From assembly GCF_000143415.4 (NCBI RefSeq), contig NW_003314354.1:286575-350574 (forward strand): 64,000 nt of DNA, given 5' to 3'. Shown here piece after piece: positions 11,480 through 21,942 of this stretch. The position numbers were made by a program, and so were the translations under genes. The notes below the pieces were generated by a model. The model was not told the origin of the DNA. It made no database searches and saw only the letters and a list, made by a program, of their open reading frames with translations. The stretch comes from Selaginella moellendorffii (Eukaryota; Plantae; Lycopodiophyta). Each line of letters opens with the position of its first letter. Position 1 is the first letter of the stretch.

Positions 11480-11880
11480 GGATGGGACGAAGAACAGGAG
11501 AGGTTGGTCTACCTTGCAAATTGTGAATACGAAGCCGATGCATTCATCACGTGGACATGTGGAAGCCATCAGAAGTGTTCTGGAGGACGAGGAAACACGA
11601 CGTTGGTTGCCTGGAACACGAACGTGCACGTCTTCTATCAGATGCAACGAGAAGCTGGCCTGCCTCCAAACGCTGAGACTTTGCATGGAGCAGCAAAACG
11701 TCGTTTCCTGGGATTTGCCGAGAACAACCTTTGCTCTTGAGTGCTACGAGCAAGCCGCAGCCAAACGCTCAGACTTTCATGGTGGCGCTCAAGGCACACG
11801 GCGACTTAGCAGAGAAGAGGCTCCACTCGCAGATCTGGGAGAGAAATCTGGAGGGAATCCACTCCTCAGCGTGCTCGCTC
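11480..11880 (+). pseudogene. Degenerate PPR remnant
   Basis: Fragments FYQMQREAGLPPNAETL, QNVVSW and PNAQTFMVALKAHGDL..RLHSQIWERNLE lie in shifting frames. Confidence 0.6.
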
Positions 11881-12294
11881 CATGAGAGAAAAGCTTTTCT
11901 TGGGAGGTCGGTACACTTTGCAAGGAAAGAGTGTCATGCAAGGTTGATGGAGCCGTCAATCAAAGATGGTACCTAAAAAGACGCGAAAGGATCTTAGCTG
12001 GCAGAGATAAAAAAATATGAGACACAATACTTATCTCTTAATTCATTGAGTAATTTAATTGATCAATAGTTATAAACATAGTTTAGACTAATATTATAGT
12101 AGAATAAACAAAAATATACTAGAAAGTGTTTATAGGGAAGGTTATAAATTATAATTAAAAAGATCAATCTAAATGAACAACAGCTATTAGATATTAAAAT
12201 ATCCTAGAATCTCCAAGCATAGTTTAAGTATATTCAATACTGCCAAGCACACCAATTATGGATCTAAACTTCTTTGATTAAACCCCTATTAAAA

Positions 12295-13092
12295 CTTGGG
12301 ACTTAAGTTTCTCTGAGATTTTGTTGTTGATTAGATGTTATGTTTTTCTTTCAACCATGCTCTGTAAAAATATACAAACTTTATAATTATAATTCAAGTT
12401 CTTTAAATCTTTTTTAATTTCATATTAGTAGACGAGAAACAACAAACATATGAACATTGGTCAAAGGAAGCAAAGACAACATACTCAAAGGCATTATAGT
12501 TAAAAGTAAAAAATAACCATCAAGCAGGAGCATCATTACAAATATATAATTCTCAAGTATGGAAGTGATATTATAAATGGGAAGCCTTACAACATCATAA
12601 TCAACTAATTCCCAAGTTGCAATTACACATAATTCTTTAAACATTAAAATTCTGAAATCTTTCATCCTTTGCATAGAATGGATCCAAATGTTAAAGTTTG
12701 GATTCATCATAACATCTGAACATGAGGTGAAAAAAAAAGATATTGGTATTGTATTTGAAACTAAAATAAACTTTATCTATAAATTACACTGAAAAAAATA
12801 TATGGCATTTCTTATAATTACACTCAAAGAGAGAGTTAATTCTTCAATAGAAGAAAAATGTGCAACCATCACGAAACTTAAATGTATCAACAACCTTGTC
12901 TAGATCAGCTGAAAGAAGGCACAAAGAAACTTGTCAAGCATCAGCAAGACAAAAGCACACAATTTACTTTGGACAACTCTCTATCACGAAATCCAAAAAG
13001 ATTTAAAGAACTTGAATCATAGTTACAAAGTTGTACATTTGTATAGGACAGAATGTAACATCTAATCTACTTGGAGAAGCTTGAGTCCCATT
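12295..13092. repeat. Inner AT-rich inverted repeat (~110 bp arms)
   Basis: 12298-12413 (gggacttaag...ttcaagttctttaaatcttttt) is the approximate reverse complement of 12994-13090 (aaaaagatttaaagaacttgaa...cttgagtccc). Confidence 0.7.
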
Positions 13093-13208
13093 TTCAAGTT
13101 AAGTTTAAGTGACCAAACACCATATTTCCATATTTCCATTTGTGAAATATGATCCAGAACATGATTGTCTTTGATATTTTTATATTTTGACCATGGTGTG
13201 CCCTCTAA

Positions 13209-13496
13209 ATGCTTTATTTCGTTAAAGTGGGACTTATTCAGTAAAGTGGGACATTAATTAGCATGTGTCCACATGCCATTTCCTAGTACTTAATTAATAT
13301 TTATTAATATTTCTATCAGTTTTTTAATTTATTTTTTTATATTTCACAATATTATAACACAAAATCATATGAAAAGTTTTTAATTTATAAATTATAAAGT
13401 TAAAACTTCAATTTTTTATTGTTGTTATAAAAATGGCATGTGGCCACACACCATAAGTGGGATAATGAAAAGTCCCACTTTAACGAAATAAAGCAT
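13209..13496. mobile_element. MITE, 288 bp, perfect 26-bp terminal inverted repeats
   Basis: ATGCTTTATTTCGTTAAAGTGGGACT (13209-13234) and AGTCCCACTTTAACGAAATAAAGCAT (13471-13496). Subterminal inverted CCACATGCCATTT. Flanked by CTAA on both sides. AT-rich, non-coding interior. Confidence 0.88.
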
Positions 13497-15945
13497 CTAA
13501 GATCCTTTTGCCTGTTTTCACATACCATCTTTGTTCGGGTTTCGTTCATGGCTCCGTCAATCTTGCATTACACTCTTTCTCCATTTTCCTCACAAAGTTT
13601 ACCAACAAGCTCCCGAAACGAGCAACACCTCTTAATACCCTCTCCACAATAAGATTGTATGTCCATTCCCATCCCTGAAAGAAAAAGATACTTACCATGT
13701 GTAAAGAGATAAGCTCCAGAGCCTCCACAGCTTTTCATGAAACTGCCAAGCTTCAGTTTCGCCTTCATAAGGAGGTACTTGGTTTACGTGATGCTTTGGT
13801 CGAGTTAGTTAGAAGTCCCTAACTTCAAGCTATTTTAGCTATAAGATGAAACAAAAAAGCGATGAACTAAAAACTATAGTACTTACGAACATCATGCTCT
13901 CCAGGTACTTCAAATGAGTAGTGCAAGAGGAAGTGCCGGAGTAATACTGAACTTGGGGCGGAAAACTTCTTGAGAGGCAGCCACGTCTCCACACTTCCTA
14001 TAGAATGTGATGAGTGAGAACGCAAGTAGTGGATTCCGTCCAGATTTCTCTTCCAGATCTACGAGTGGAGCCTCTTCGCCTAAGTCGCCCCGTCCCTTGA
14101 GCGCCACCATGAAAGTCTGAGCGTTTGGCTGCCCGACTTGCTCATAGCGCTCGAGAGCAAAGGTTGTTTCTCGGTGTATCCCAGGAAACGACGTTTTGCT
14201 GCTCCATGCAAAGTCTCAGCGTTTGGAGGTAGGCCAGCTTCTCGTTGCATCCGATAGAAGAAGTGCATGTCCCATGATGATCGTGTTCCAGGCATGTTTC
14301 TTCGTCCTCCCGAACACTTCTGACGCTTCCACATGTCCACGAGGCTGCTTGCGACAAATGCATCGGCTTCGTATTCACAATTTGTGAGGCGAGAGTGTTG
14401 CTTTCCAGGTAGACCAACCTATCCTGTTCTTCGTCCCATCTTGTCGAACAACCTGTGTTGCAAGCCGCAGTGTAGACTTCGACCATACTGCCACAATTTT
14501 GCACTTGCTTGATTCCCGGCTTATGATGTTCTTGACTCTGGAGAAACTTATCTGGCCGCTATGCCCTGCTCTGCTTCTTCTCATCGAAGTTGAGATTTGA
14601 GCACCTGCAAGAACAGAGAGCAAAAGTAGTACGTTACATTTTCTCAAACCTTTCGTCTCGAGCAACCTCTCTGGCCTTTGGAGGTGCACCAACGTCTGCT
14701 CCCTTGTCACCTCTAGAGGATAGCTCGTAAATCCTTCATCAAATCGAAACTTGGTAGGTTCTTGCTCTGCCTTCCAATCCATGTTCCGAGCCAGTTGTGT
14801 CATAACTTCCAAGTCTGGCGACTTCCACCAGTCAACCCTTGTATGTGATCTCTGGGTGAGATCACCGTCAGTGAGCAAGAGCCTACTGTCTTCTTGCTCT
14901 GCAACCTCATCTCCTTGAAGATTGTTTGTACACAATCTTCCCTGTGACAACACATGCACTGTGCTGACTTACGTGTCACTGCCAGTGTTGGCAGGACACT
15001 TTGTGGAGAATTCCAGTTTGACATTGCTGTGGGAACCACGAGTGTGAGCATCCAGCTGTTTCTTCTCAGTTGGAGAATCGTCCACCACAACTTCCAGATG
15101 ATCCGTCACTTCGATCTGCCACCCGGGCTCCTGAAAGATCGCATTCCTCCGCTGCTTCCTTTGAGATAACATGCATCGCTCAATCATGAAATGCTCTCCA
15201 CAGTATAGATATGATATTTCAAAAAGAGAAATGGATATCTTTCCAATCCTAATGTCCTACTTGCAGTGACACGCCACTTTGCATACTTTGAATAACGAAA
15301 CTCTTTTTTTCTCGTTTTTCAGCTTAGAACTCATTGAATGGGATCATGGAGACACCAGCCATCAGCGTGCACAAACTACTTCGTCTACAGAAAACTGGGG
15401 AAAAGAAACACGAGATAAATATCTATCCATTGTTGTTTTGATAGCCAACCGAAAGCATGAGACTGATAGATGCAAAAATGCAAGTTGGATTATCTTTGTC
15501 ATGTAGATGGCATCCTTGTTGTCTTCACGCTCCTGCCTACCAGTATTCTTTTTCTCGGCCGGTGGAGGTCTCTTATTATGGTTGCCTCTATTGCAGACAC
15601 AACATATCAAAGTAGTTTCCATAATGTCAGAGGCAAAAGCAAAAGAATTAACCCATCTGGGTACTGGAATAAAAGCCAGTTTGTCACAGACGGTAGAGCA
15701 GCAATCCAGTGACCCAACAGTGGAGGGAATTAGCACCATCCGGTTTTCGTGGATCCTTAGCTCCTCAAGAGGTCAACCATAGTCAACACCAGTAAAATCG
15801 GTCAAAACTCTTGGAATGATTGAAAATAGTTGGAGATGCCAGGTATCGATCCTGGTGCCTCTTGCATGCTAAGCAAGCGCTCTACCATCTGAGCTACATC
15901 CCCTTAGCATAGAAACAAAAATGCAAGGCTTTTCTCTTCACCAAT
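13497..15945 (-). repeat. Right arm of the large inverted duplication, including a PPR remnant at 13960-14420
   Basis: Reverse complement of 9690-12000 with indels. The minus-strand fragment LAFSLITFYRKCGDVAASQEVF is a PPR motif. Confidence 0.9.
15831..15903 (-). tRNA. tRNA-Ala(AGC)
   Basis: GGGGATG TA GCTC AGATGGTA GAGC G CTTGC TTAGCAT GCAAG AGGCA CCAGG ATCGATA CCTGG CATCTCC A. All stems pair, the G3:U70 Ala identity pair is present, and a T4 run follows downstream. Confidence 0.9.
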
Positions 15946-16219
15946 CTAGTACTCATCCTTGGAGATTCTGGTGTCTTTTGTCACATTTCAAAAGTTTTTT
16001 GATTGATTCTAGAGCTCTCAGTTATGCTGTGTAGTGTTAGTTATCCGGTTAGTTGGGTAAAATTGATGTATTTGGAGTCTTAAACTTTAGTTGAAACAAG
16101 CTTTAAATTTGAAAAGGACACTTTACAATAATAAAAACAAAATAAACATTAGCACTTTTTCAAGAAATTCTAAAAATGAGAAAAAATAAATATGTAAAAA
16201 TTACAAATGCATAATCAAA

Positions 16220-16590
16220 TGAAGCAAAGGCAACATTATAGTTAAAGGCAAAAGTTAAAAGTCTTAACATTATACCATCATTACAAGTATATAATTCTCA
16301 ATTATGGAATTGATACTATAAATAAGAAAATTTACAACATCACAATAAACTAATGCCCATACATATACTACTTTTGGTGAGTCTTTAATCCTTTACAAAC
16401 ATATGCATTTTATATATTTTATGGTTTTCGGGATGGATCCAAATGTTAAAATTTGGATTCATTGCAATATCTTGATATGAAGGGTTTATGACATTGGAAA
16501 TTGGTATTGTATTTGAATTTGATATATATTTATAAATAAACTTTTACTTATAAATAACAAAGAACATTCTTTAAAGTTACACTCAAATGG
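16220..16590 (+). repeat. Dispersed AT-rich repeat, direct copy of 12480-12830
   Basis: Shared blocks catcattacaa.tatataattctcaa.tatggaa.tgata, ggatccaaatgttaaa.tttggattcat and ttggtattgtatttgaa. Confidence 0.75.
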
Positions 16591-19500
16591 ATTTTATAAT
16601 AATAATTTTATATTTAGTAATACTAAATATAGTGAATTTATTCTTTAAATTACGGAAATATTGCCACTCAGATCTAAATATTATTTAAATTTCAATTTTT
16701 TAAAAAATACCTGTTTAATAAAAATATTGCCACGAAAAAATTAAGAAAATATCCTTTCGTGTACCAGAATATTTTAAAAATATTCTTAGTGACTCCTTTT
16801 GTCTGTATAGGACTACATTAAGTTGTACATTCTTGAGGTCAGTAGGAAGGCATTGATTTGCTTGTTACAACTTACAAGTTCCAAAGGCATTAGTTTGGTT
16901 TTGGTACAAGATCCAGGCAGGACAACATGCTTGGAATACGAGGAATGGACCTTGAAACAAAATCCATCACCTAGTAAGCTTTTAATAATTAGTTTCTTTG
17001 AATTGATCAAGCATGCCTAATATCTCTATTTGTTTGTTCAGAAAAGAAAATGCACTTACATTTTGAAAGAATGTGAAGGTGATGTTTCCAATTTTGTAAG
17101 AATAAAAAGTTACTCATTTTAAAAGACTTTTAGCTATACAAATATGTAGCTAAATATGTTTACTAGCAAACCAAAATACCAAATAATATTAGTGTTTAGG
17201 CAATTTGATTGGTACAGAAGACCATTTTATATTGTGTTGGTTTTACCAATTGCTTTACTCATCCTCTTGCATAACACTGCAAAGCAAAACACTATCTCTT
17301 TTCCTCCTCCTCTTGTGAATACTATTACTATATTATGTATTATTATTATTATAAGCATTAGTAACATTCTTCATGGTTGCTGCAGATGCAGCTGCTTGGC
17401 TATAGAAACTTGCTGGAGATGGTGGTCTTTCCAAAGCTCATCTCTCAAAAGGCTCTTGAAATGCAACAAAAGCTGCCAGAATCTCCAAGGATGAGTATTA
17501 GCAAATCTTCAGGTGGTGGTGATGGATCATCAAAATGATGCTTACTAATAAACGGTATTAGTTTTCATGTGTGGTTGCTTTGCTATAGTGATGTTAGCAG
17601 ATGAAAAGCCTCACTCAATGCCCGCTCGCTCGTAAACACTGTAACCAAGTGTAGCCACGGTAGATTCGCCTAACGATGGCAAGGCCATGTCCTGATCGGA
17701 AAGACACTTGTGACGAGAACGCAGTAGCTTTTCTACTTAATTCGATTTGTTCCTACTGCCTCTGATGGTCGAAGTGACGTTAGTTAGGATCACGCTTCTG
17801 ACAAAAGTCTATTTCTTTTTCTCTTCTCTCGCTGTTTGGCGTATCACAGCGATTTAATCCTGCTTCGATCGTGGACGTCACCATGACATTTGAGCTTGAT
17901 CTTACAGAAGGCATGATCCTCGTCATTCCTCCTCACTGAACTTGTCGTAGCCGACGCAGTAAACAACGTTCCACCACAAGCACGTCTTGAGATCATTGAG
18001 CAGAGCAGATCTGATGTCTTGCTCTTGATTCCCGAGGCTTTCGGTAGCTACGTTGATCTGGATGAGACTTCTCTGGGAATCTCTGGGAAGTCTTTGGAAG
18101 CCTCTGGCACTGCGTTGTGGAAACGCTTTTCCTGCTGCCTTGACTTTGGAGCCGCTTCGCTGGAGCTCTTCGTCGCCTCGCCATCCTCAGTCGCTGATGT
18201 CGGAGGCTTCAGCCTTGATCTGGTCCGCGTTTTTTGCTCGTGACGTATTCCTTCGTCTCCACAAGCTCGCAAATTCTTCCCAGGACCAGGAAATAAGCAT
18301 CGTCTGCATAGTCGAAACAATGTAGAGCATCAAGAGGATGGAAATCACGGCCGTCTTGGCCGTCTGTGTAGCTGCTAGTGGCGAGTAGAGATCGTACGCT
18401 GCTTACTTTGTGATGTCCGTTACCTGGGACGCGAACTTCTCTCCTTGATCCTGGGAAGTCAAGCTCTCGAGAACTTTGATATCCAGCGCCCTCGAGAACT
18501 TCTCCAGGTGTGAGTTCAGCTCACTCACGTTTGGATCGTGAGCACCGGTTCGCCTTCTCATACTCTAGTGTCCACTTCCGCTTTATCCTCGCGCCAGCAC
18601 CTCGTACAGTGAGAAGAACTAAAGAAAAGAACAAGAGAAACTTACATTGCATTCAAGTATGACTCTTCCACCAGAGAGAGCTCCAATCGCGTCCTTCAAG
18701 CCTCATTAATGTGTAGAACCAACTTCTCGCTTCTCTTTGGTTCGTCCATTGGCAACGAGTAGCCGGAAAAAAAATTAAAAAATCCCCGCGTTCCTGGGAG
18801 CCATTTAAATAAGCTTTGGTCACTAACGAAGTTCGTAAAGCTTACTCTATCAGGCGTGTCTCAGTCCCAAGAAGAGCTTCCTGTCGTGAGGTAAAAGACG
18901 AAGAAACCATGGTCGTCGTGGCTCAAGCTAAAAGCCTGAAAGAAGAAAGTGACCAGGAATACTCCACTCAATCGTACCGCTTCGTATAAATACTGCTGGT
19001 CGGTAAAAGAAATCAGCTGAGCAGTCCGCCACCTATCTCGGCTTTGCTGCTCGATTCGTTCTCGTCGAGCTTCCGGAATCCGGACAGTGTCTCCCCGGCA
19101 GCACCGACCTATTCTTGCGTAGGGGACGTCCTGGAAAAAACCGTGAAATCAAGTGCCACAAGAACGCAAAGATCCCAAAGGGAGAGCTGGAGAAGCTCTC
19201 GCCACGGTCTGGGCTAAAGACTAGAAAAGGAAAACTGTTACCGGAGAGAGCGATCCATCGCCGGAGGCTTTTCTGGATTGGAAGATGTCGGCGATCAGTC
19301 ACTGGAGGAGTACAAGAGCGTATATTTCACCTGCATTGCCTCGATCGAGCGCGATTCAAAAGAAAGCCGAGACCTTTCCTCCGCGGCAGGGTAGCCGCGC
19401 TCCCGGCGATCAAGAAAACGCGCTCCCTTGCAGAATCCCTAAAAAGAAAGAAAAAACACGAACGAGAGAGAGAGAGAGCGAGCGAGAATGAGAGTGAGCT

Positions 19501-19702
19501 TCGTTTCTCTCTTGCTTGTGCTAACTTATCAATACAAGGAATTATCAAAAGGGGGAAACTGTGCAGCAATATTGGGCTGTTCTACGACGGGCAGCCTGCT
19601 TCTGGGATTTCGATTGCCCGGATTTTCGTGGAGAGCATCGTCCCCAGCTCCGTCTTTGACCAGGCTCTTTCTGTCTCGCAGCCTCCGACGTGGGCTTACT
19701 GG

Positions 19703-20425
19703 ATGGGAATCGCATCGACCATCGTCTCGTTTCTCGCAAGCTTGCCGGTCGTCTTGGTTGCTTTCGATGTGAATTTCCAGCCCGCAGTCCAAGCTGAGGA
19801 GGTCGAAAATCCAGTGCCAGTCGGATCGGTGGCAGTGCTAGCCACGAGCACGCTCGGATTTTTCCATTTCCTTGCGACCAGCGAGAAGTGGATGTTTACC
19901 AAATCTTCGTGGTCACAGTTCGCGCGATGGGTCTCGACTTTCACGGCTGCCCTCTACGGGATCTCTGCGTCACAGCTTCTGATCACGAGCTCCATAGCCA
20001 AGGTGATTAAAGTTGGTGCATCTCTCTTTCTTTACGGCATAGCGGCAGTGGCTTCCCCGATTTTCGCACAAGAGTTTGCCCGGGATGTGCACGGAGCTTT
20101 CACAGCGTTGGTCTACACTTACGGACTGTTCTGGGGCGTTCCTTTTGCGCTGAGAGGACTGCTTTCGTTTCACCACTGCTTCGGGACCATGCTATCCCGA
20201 GCTTTCGAGGTACGTTCGTTCGTGAAGCCCACAGCACAGCTTGGCTTTACCACAGAGTGGCGATTCATCACGAGCAGTGCGTTAAGCACCTTGTCATCGC
20301 TTATGTGGGTGTTCTATAGCTCGTTTGAGGAACATCACCATGGACACTTCGTTATCTCTATCATTGCTACTGTCTGTGGAGCGCTGCTTGGTGTGTGGCA
20401 GTTTCTACATAAGAGTTGGAAGTAA
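19703..20425 (+). CDS. Divergent 7-TM SWEET/MtN3-like membrane protein; start uncertain (frame open from 19115)
   Basis: Seven hydrophobic segments. TM1 MGIASTIVSFLASLP and TM6-7 LSSLMWVFYSS...IIATVCGALLGVWQFL resemble SWEET GIxGNxxSxxxFLSP and LSAVMWFFYGL...IPNxLGxxLGxxQ. Confidence 0.5.
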   Translation: MGIASTIVSFLASLPVVLVAFDVNFQPAVQAEEVENPVPVGSVAVLATSTLGFFHFLATSEKWMFTKSSWSQFARWVSTFTAALYGISASQLLITSSIAKVIKVGASLFLYGIAAVASPIFAQEFARDVHGAFTALVYTYGLFWGVPFALRGLLSFHHCFGTMLSRAFEVRSFVKPTAQLGFTTEWRFITSSALSTLSSLMWVFYSSFEEHHHGHFVISIIATVCGALLGVWQFLHKSWK

Positions 20426-20462
20426 AATATCGATTAATGGCATAACTATAACAAATACAAAT

Positions 20463-20762
20463 CTATAAGAAAGATTCCTTAAAGGGATCATCTCTGTTTG
20501 AAGACCATCCTCGATTCTTATTAGACTTTTGATCTTGGATTCTCTCGATTATTACCGTCACAGTTTCTAGCTTTGACCTAGGAAGTTTTACTATATCACC
20601 CCAAGTCCAACCTTCCCTGATTTTCACGTTGTTTATAATCAATACATCGGGCTCTTTGAAGTTGAAACTCTTTTTGATCCTTGCAATATCGATTTTCCAG
20701 TCTGGCCAAGCAATAAATCCAAATTTCTTGCCTCTTTCTGAAACTAACCAGATTATGCACAT
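20463..20762 (-). CDS. Small ORF (99 aa) with putative ubiquitin-like header domain; degraded second copy at 23240-23420
   Basis: IIWLVSERGKKFGFIAWPDWKIDIARIKKSFNFKEPDVLIINN..WTWGDIV. Nucleotide similarity to 23260-23400. Confidence 0.35.
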   Translation of the reverse strand: MCIIWLVSERGKKFGFIAWPDWKIDIARIKKSFNFKEPDVLIINNVKIREGWTWGDIVKLPRSKLETVTVIIERIQDQKSNKNRGWSSNRDDPFKESFL

Positions 20763-21862
20763 CTCTCTCTGAAAAGTCCTTTGATGATCACCACAAAATA
20801 AGTATATTCTAGAATCTTCCTTTTTCTTTAAGGAACCTATTTTTGGATTAATTTATTTGGTAAGAAAAATAAAGTCCTGTTTTTGTTAATACTAAAATAT
20901 CAGCTTTTCTTCAATCTGAAACTTTGACTCTTACAGGTTGCCTCTTATGAGTGTTCAAGGTGCATTGGTTCATTAGCTCCAAGTGAGCCTACCTAAATAG
21001 ATACTTCCACGATTCCTCAAATGGCACACATGAGCACCTTGAGTGTTTTGAGAGTTATCTCAACTATAACTGGATTGAGAACTTTGGAGTGGCTCATGAT
21101 CAATTCCTTTTGTTTCAGCATAGGATTAGGCTGAATCACTGTTACTATTTGAGAAGGTTTCAATTGATGTATTGGTGGACAATTTTCAGCAAAAGAGGTT
21201 TGGTGAGGAGAAAATAGATTACCAACTCCACTCCAAGCTTTTTGCATTCTGACAACATCATCAATAATCTGTAGTTGTTGGAAGCTATGCTTGGCCAAGA
21301 GTATTGCCACATGCAAGAAGCTTATCACCACAACTTTCATCCAAAGGTCGTAAGGTCGTAATTTCCCAACAAAGAATTTTCTTCACTATTTCACTGATGG
21401 ATAAAAAATAAAGAGAATCAAAATCAAAAGAGAACTTTCGTAAATGTCTGGAAAACCTCTCTTTGTTGTGGAGCAACATCTGTGGCGAGAAAGAGGAGAC
21501 TTCAGTACATACCCACCGTATTCAAGGTCTTCTTTCAGCCTTGCAAGTTGATCCGTGATCGGCTATTCGCCTTGAGACATTTGCCCGAGGTGGAGGATGA
21601 TAAAGTTCCAGCCAAGCTGCTTCTCCTCAGATCGTGGAGCTCAGCCTGGCACTTTGAGATCTTCCAGCCGCTTCTCATGCGCGAGAAAGAGAATCTGCAA
21701 AGCAGTCCGCAGAGAAAATCCATAGGATTGACCAATATGATATGGCGTTTCGTATTCAACTGAATATTCGGAAGCTTTTTGGATCAAACAAATTTGCTTG
21801 GCGGCGGCTTGACGCATCCAAGCCAGAAAAATACTAATGAAACATTTACATTACAAAGTTCG

Positions 21863-21942
21863 TGACAACTGTGGGATTCGACCCCACGCCCTTGAGGATT
21901 GGAGCCTAAATCCAACGCCTTAGACCACTCGGCCAAGCTGTC
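21863..21942 (-). tRNA. tRNA-Leu(UAG), T-loop variant (possibly pseudogene)
   Basis: GACAGCT TG GCCGAGTGGTCTAAGGC G TTGGA TTTAGGC TCCAA TCCTCAAGGGC GTGGG GTCGAAT CCCAC AGTTGTC A. Stems pair and there is a long variable arm. The T-loop reads GTCGAAT instead of TTCGAAT. Confidence 0.82.

Larger units (their letters stand above)
9690..12000 (+). repeat. Left arm of a large inverted duplication (partner 13497-15945)
   Basis: Reverse-complement matches: 9690-9840 with 15780-15945; 10795-11870 with 14030-15175; 11890-11998 with 13497-13625. Confidence 0.9.

Noticed and set aside
17600-18700. Coding-like minus-strand sequence; likewise 21000-21760, 22100-22700, 46650-47000 and 54200-54670
   Set aside because: Multiple stops and frameshifts and no family I can name; left unannotated.
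19115-19540. Basic N-terminal extension of the 436-aa ORF
   Set aside because: Begins at a non-ATG codon and crosses GA repeats and intron-like sequence; more likely promoter or UTR. I found no in-phase splice from the ATG at 19488.
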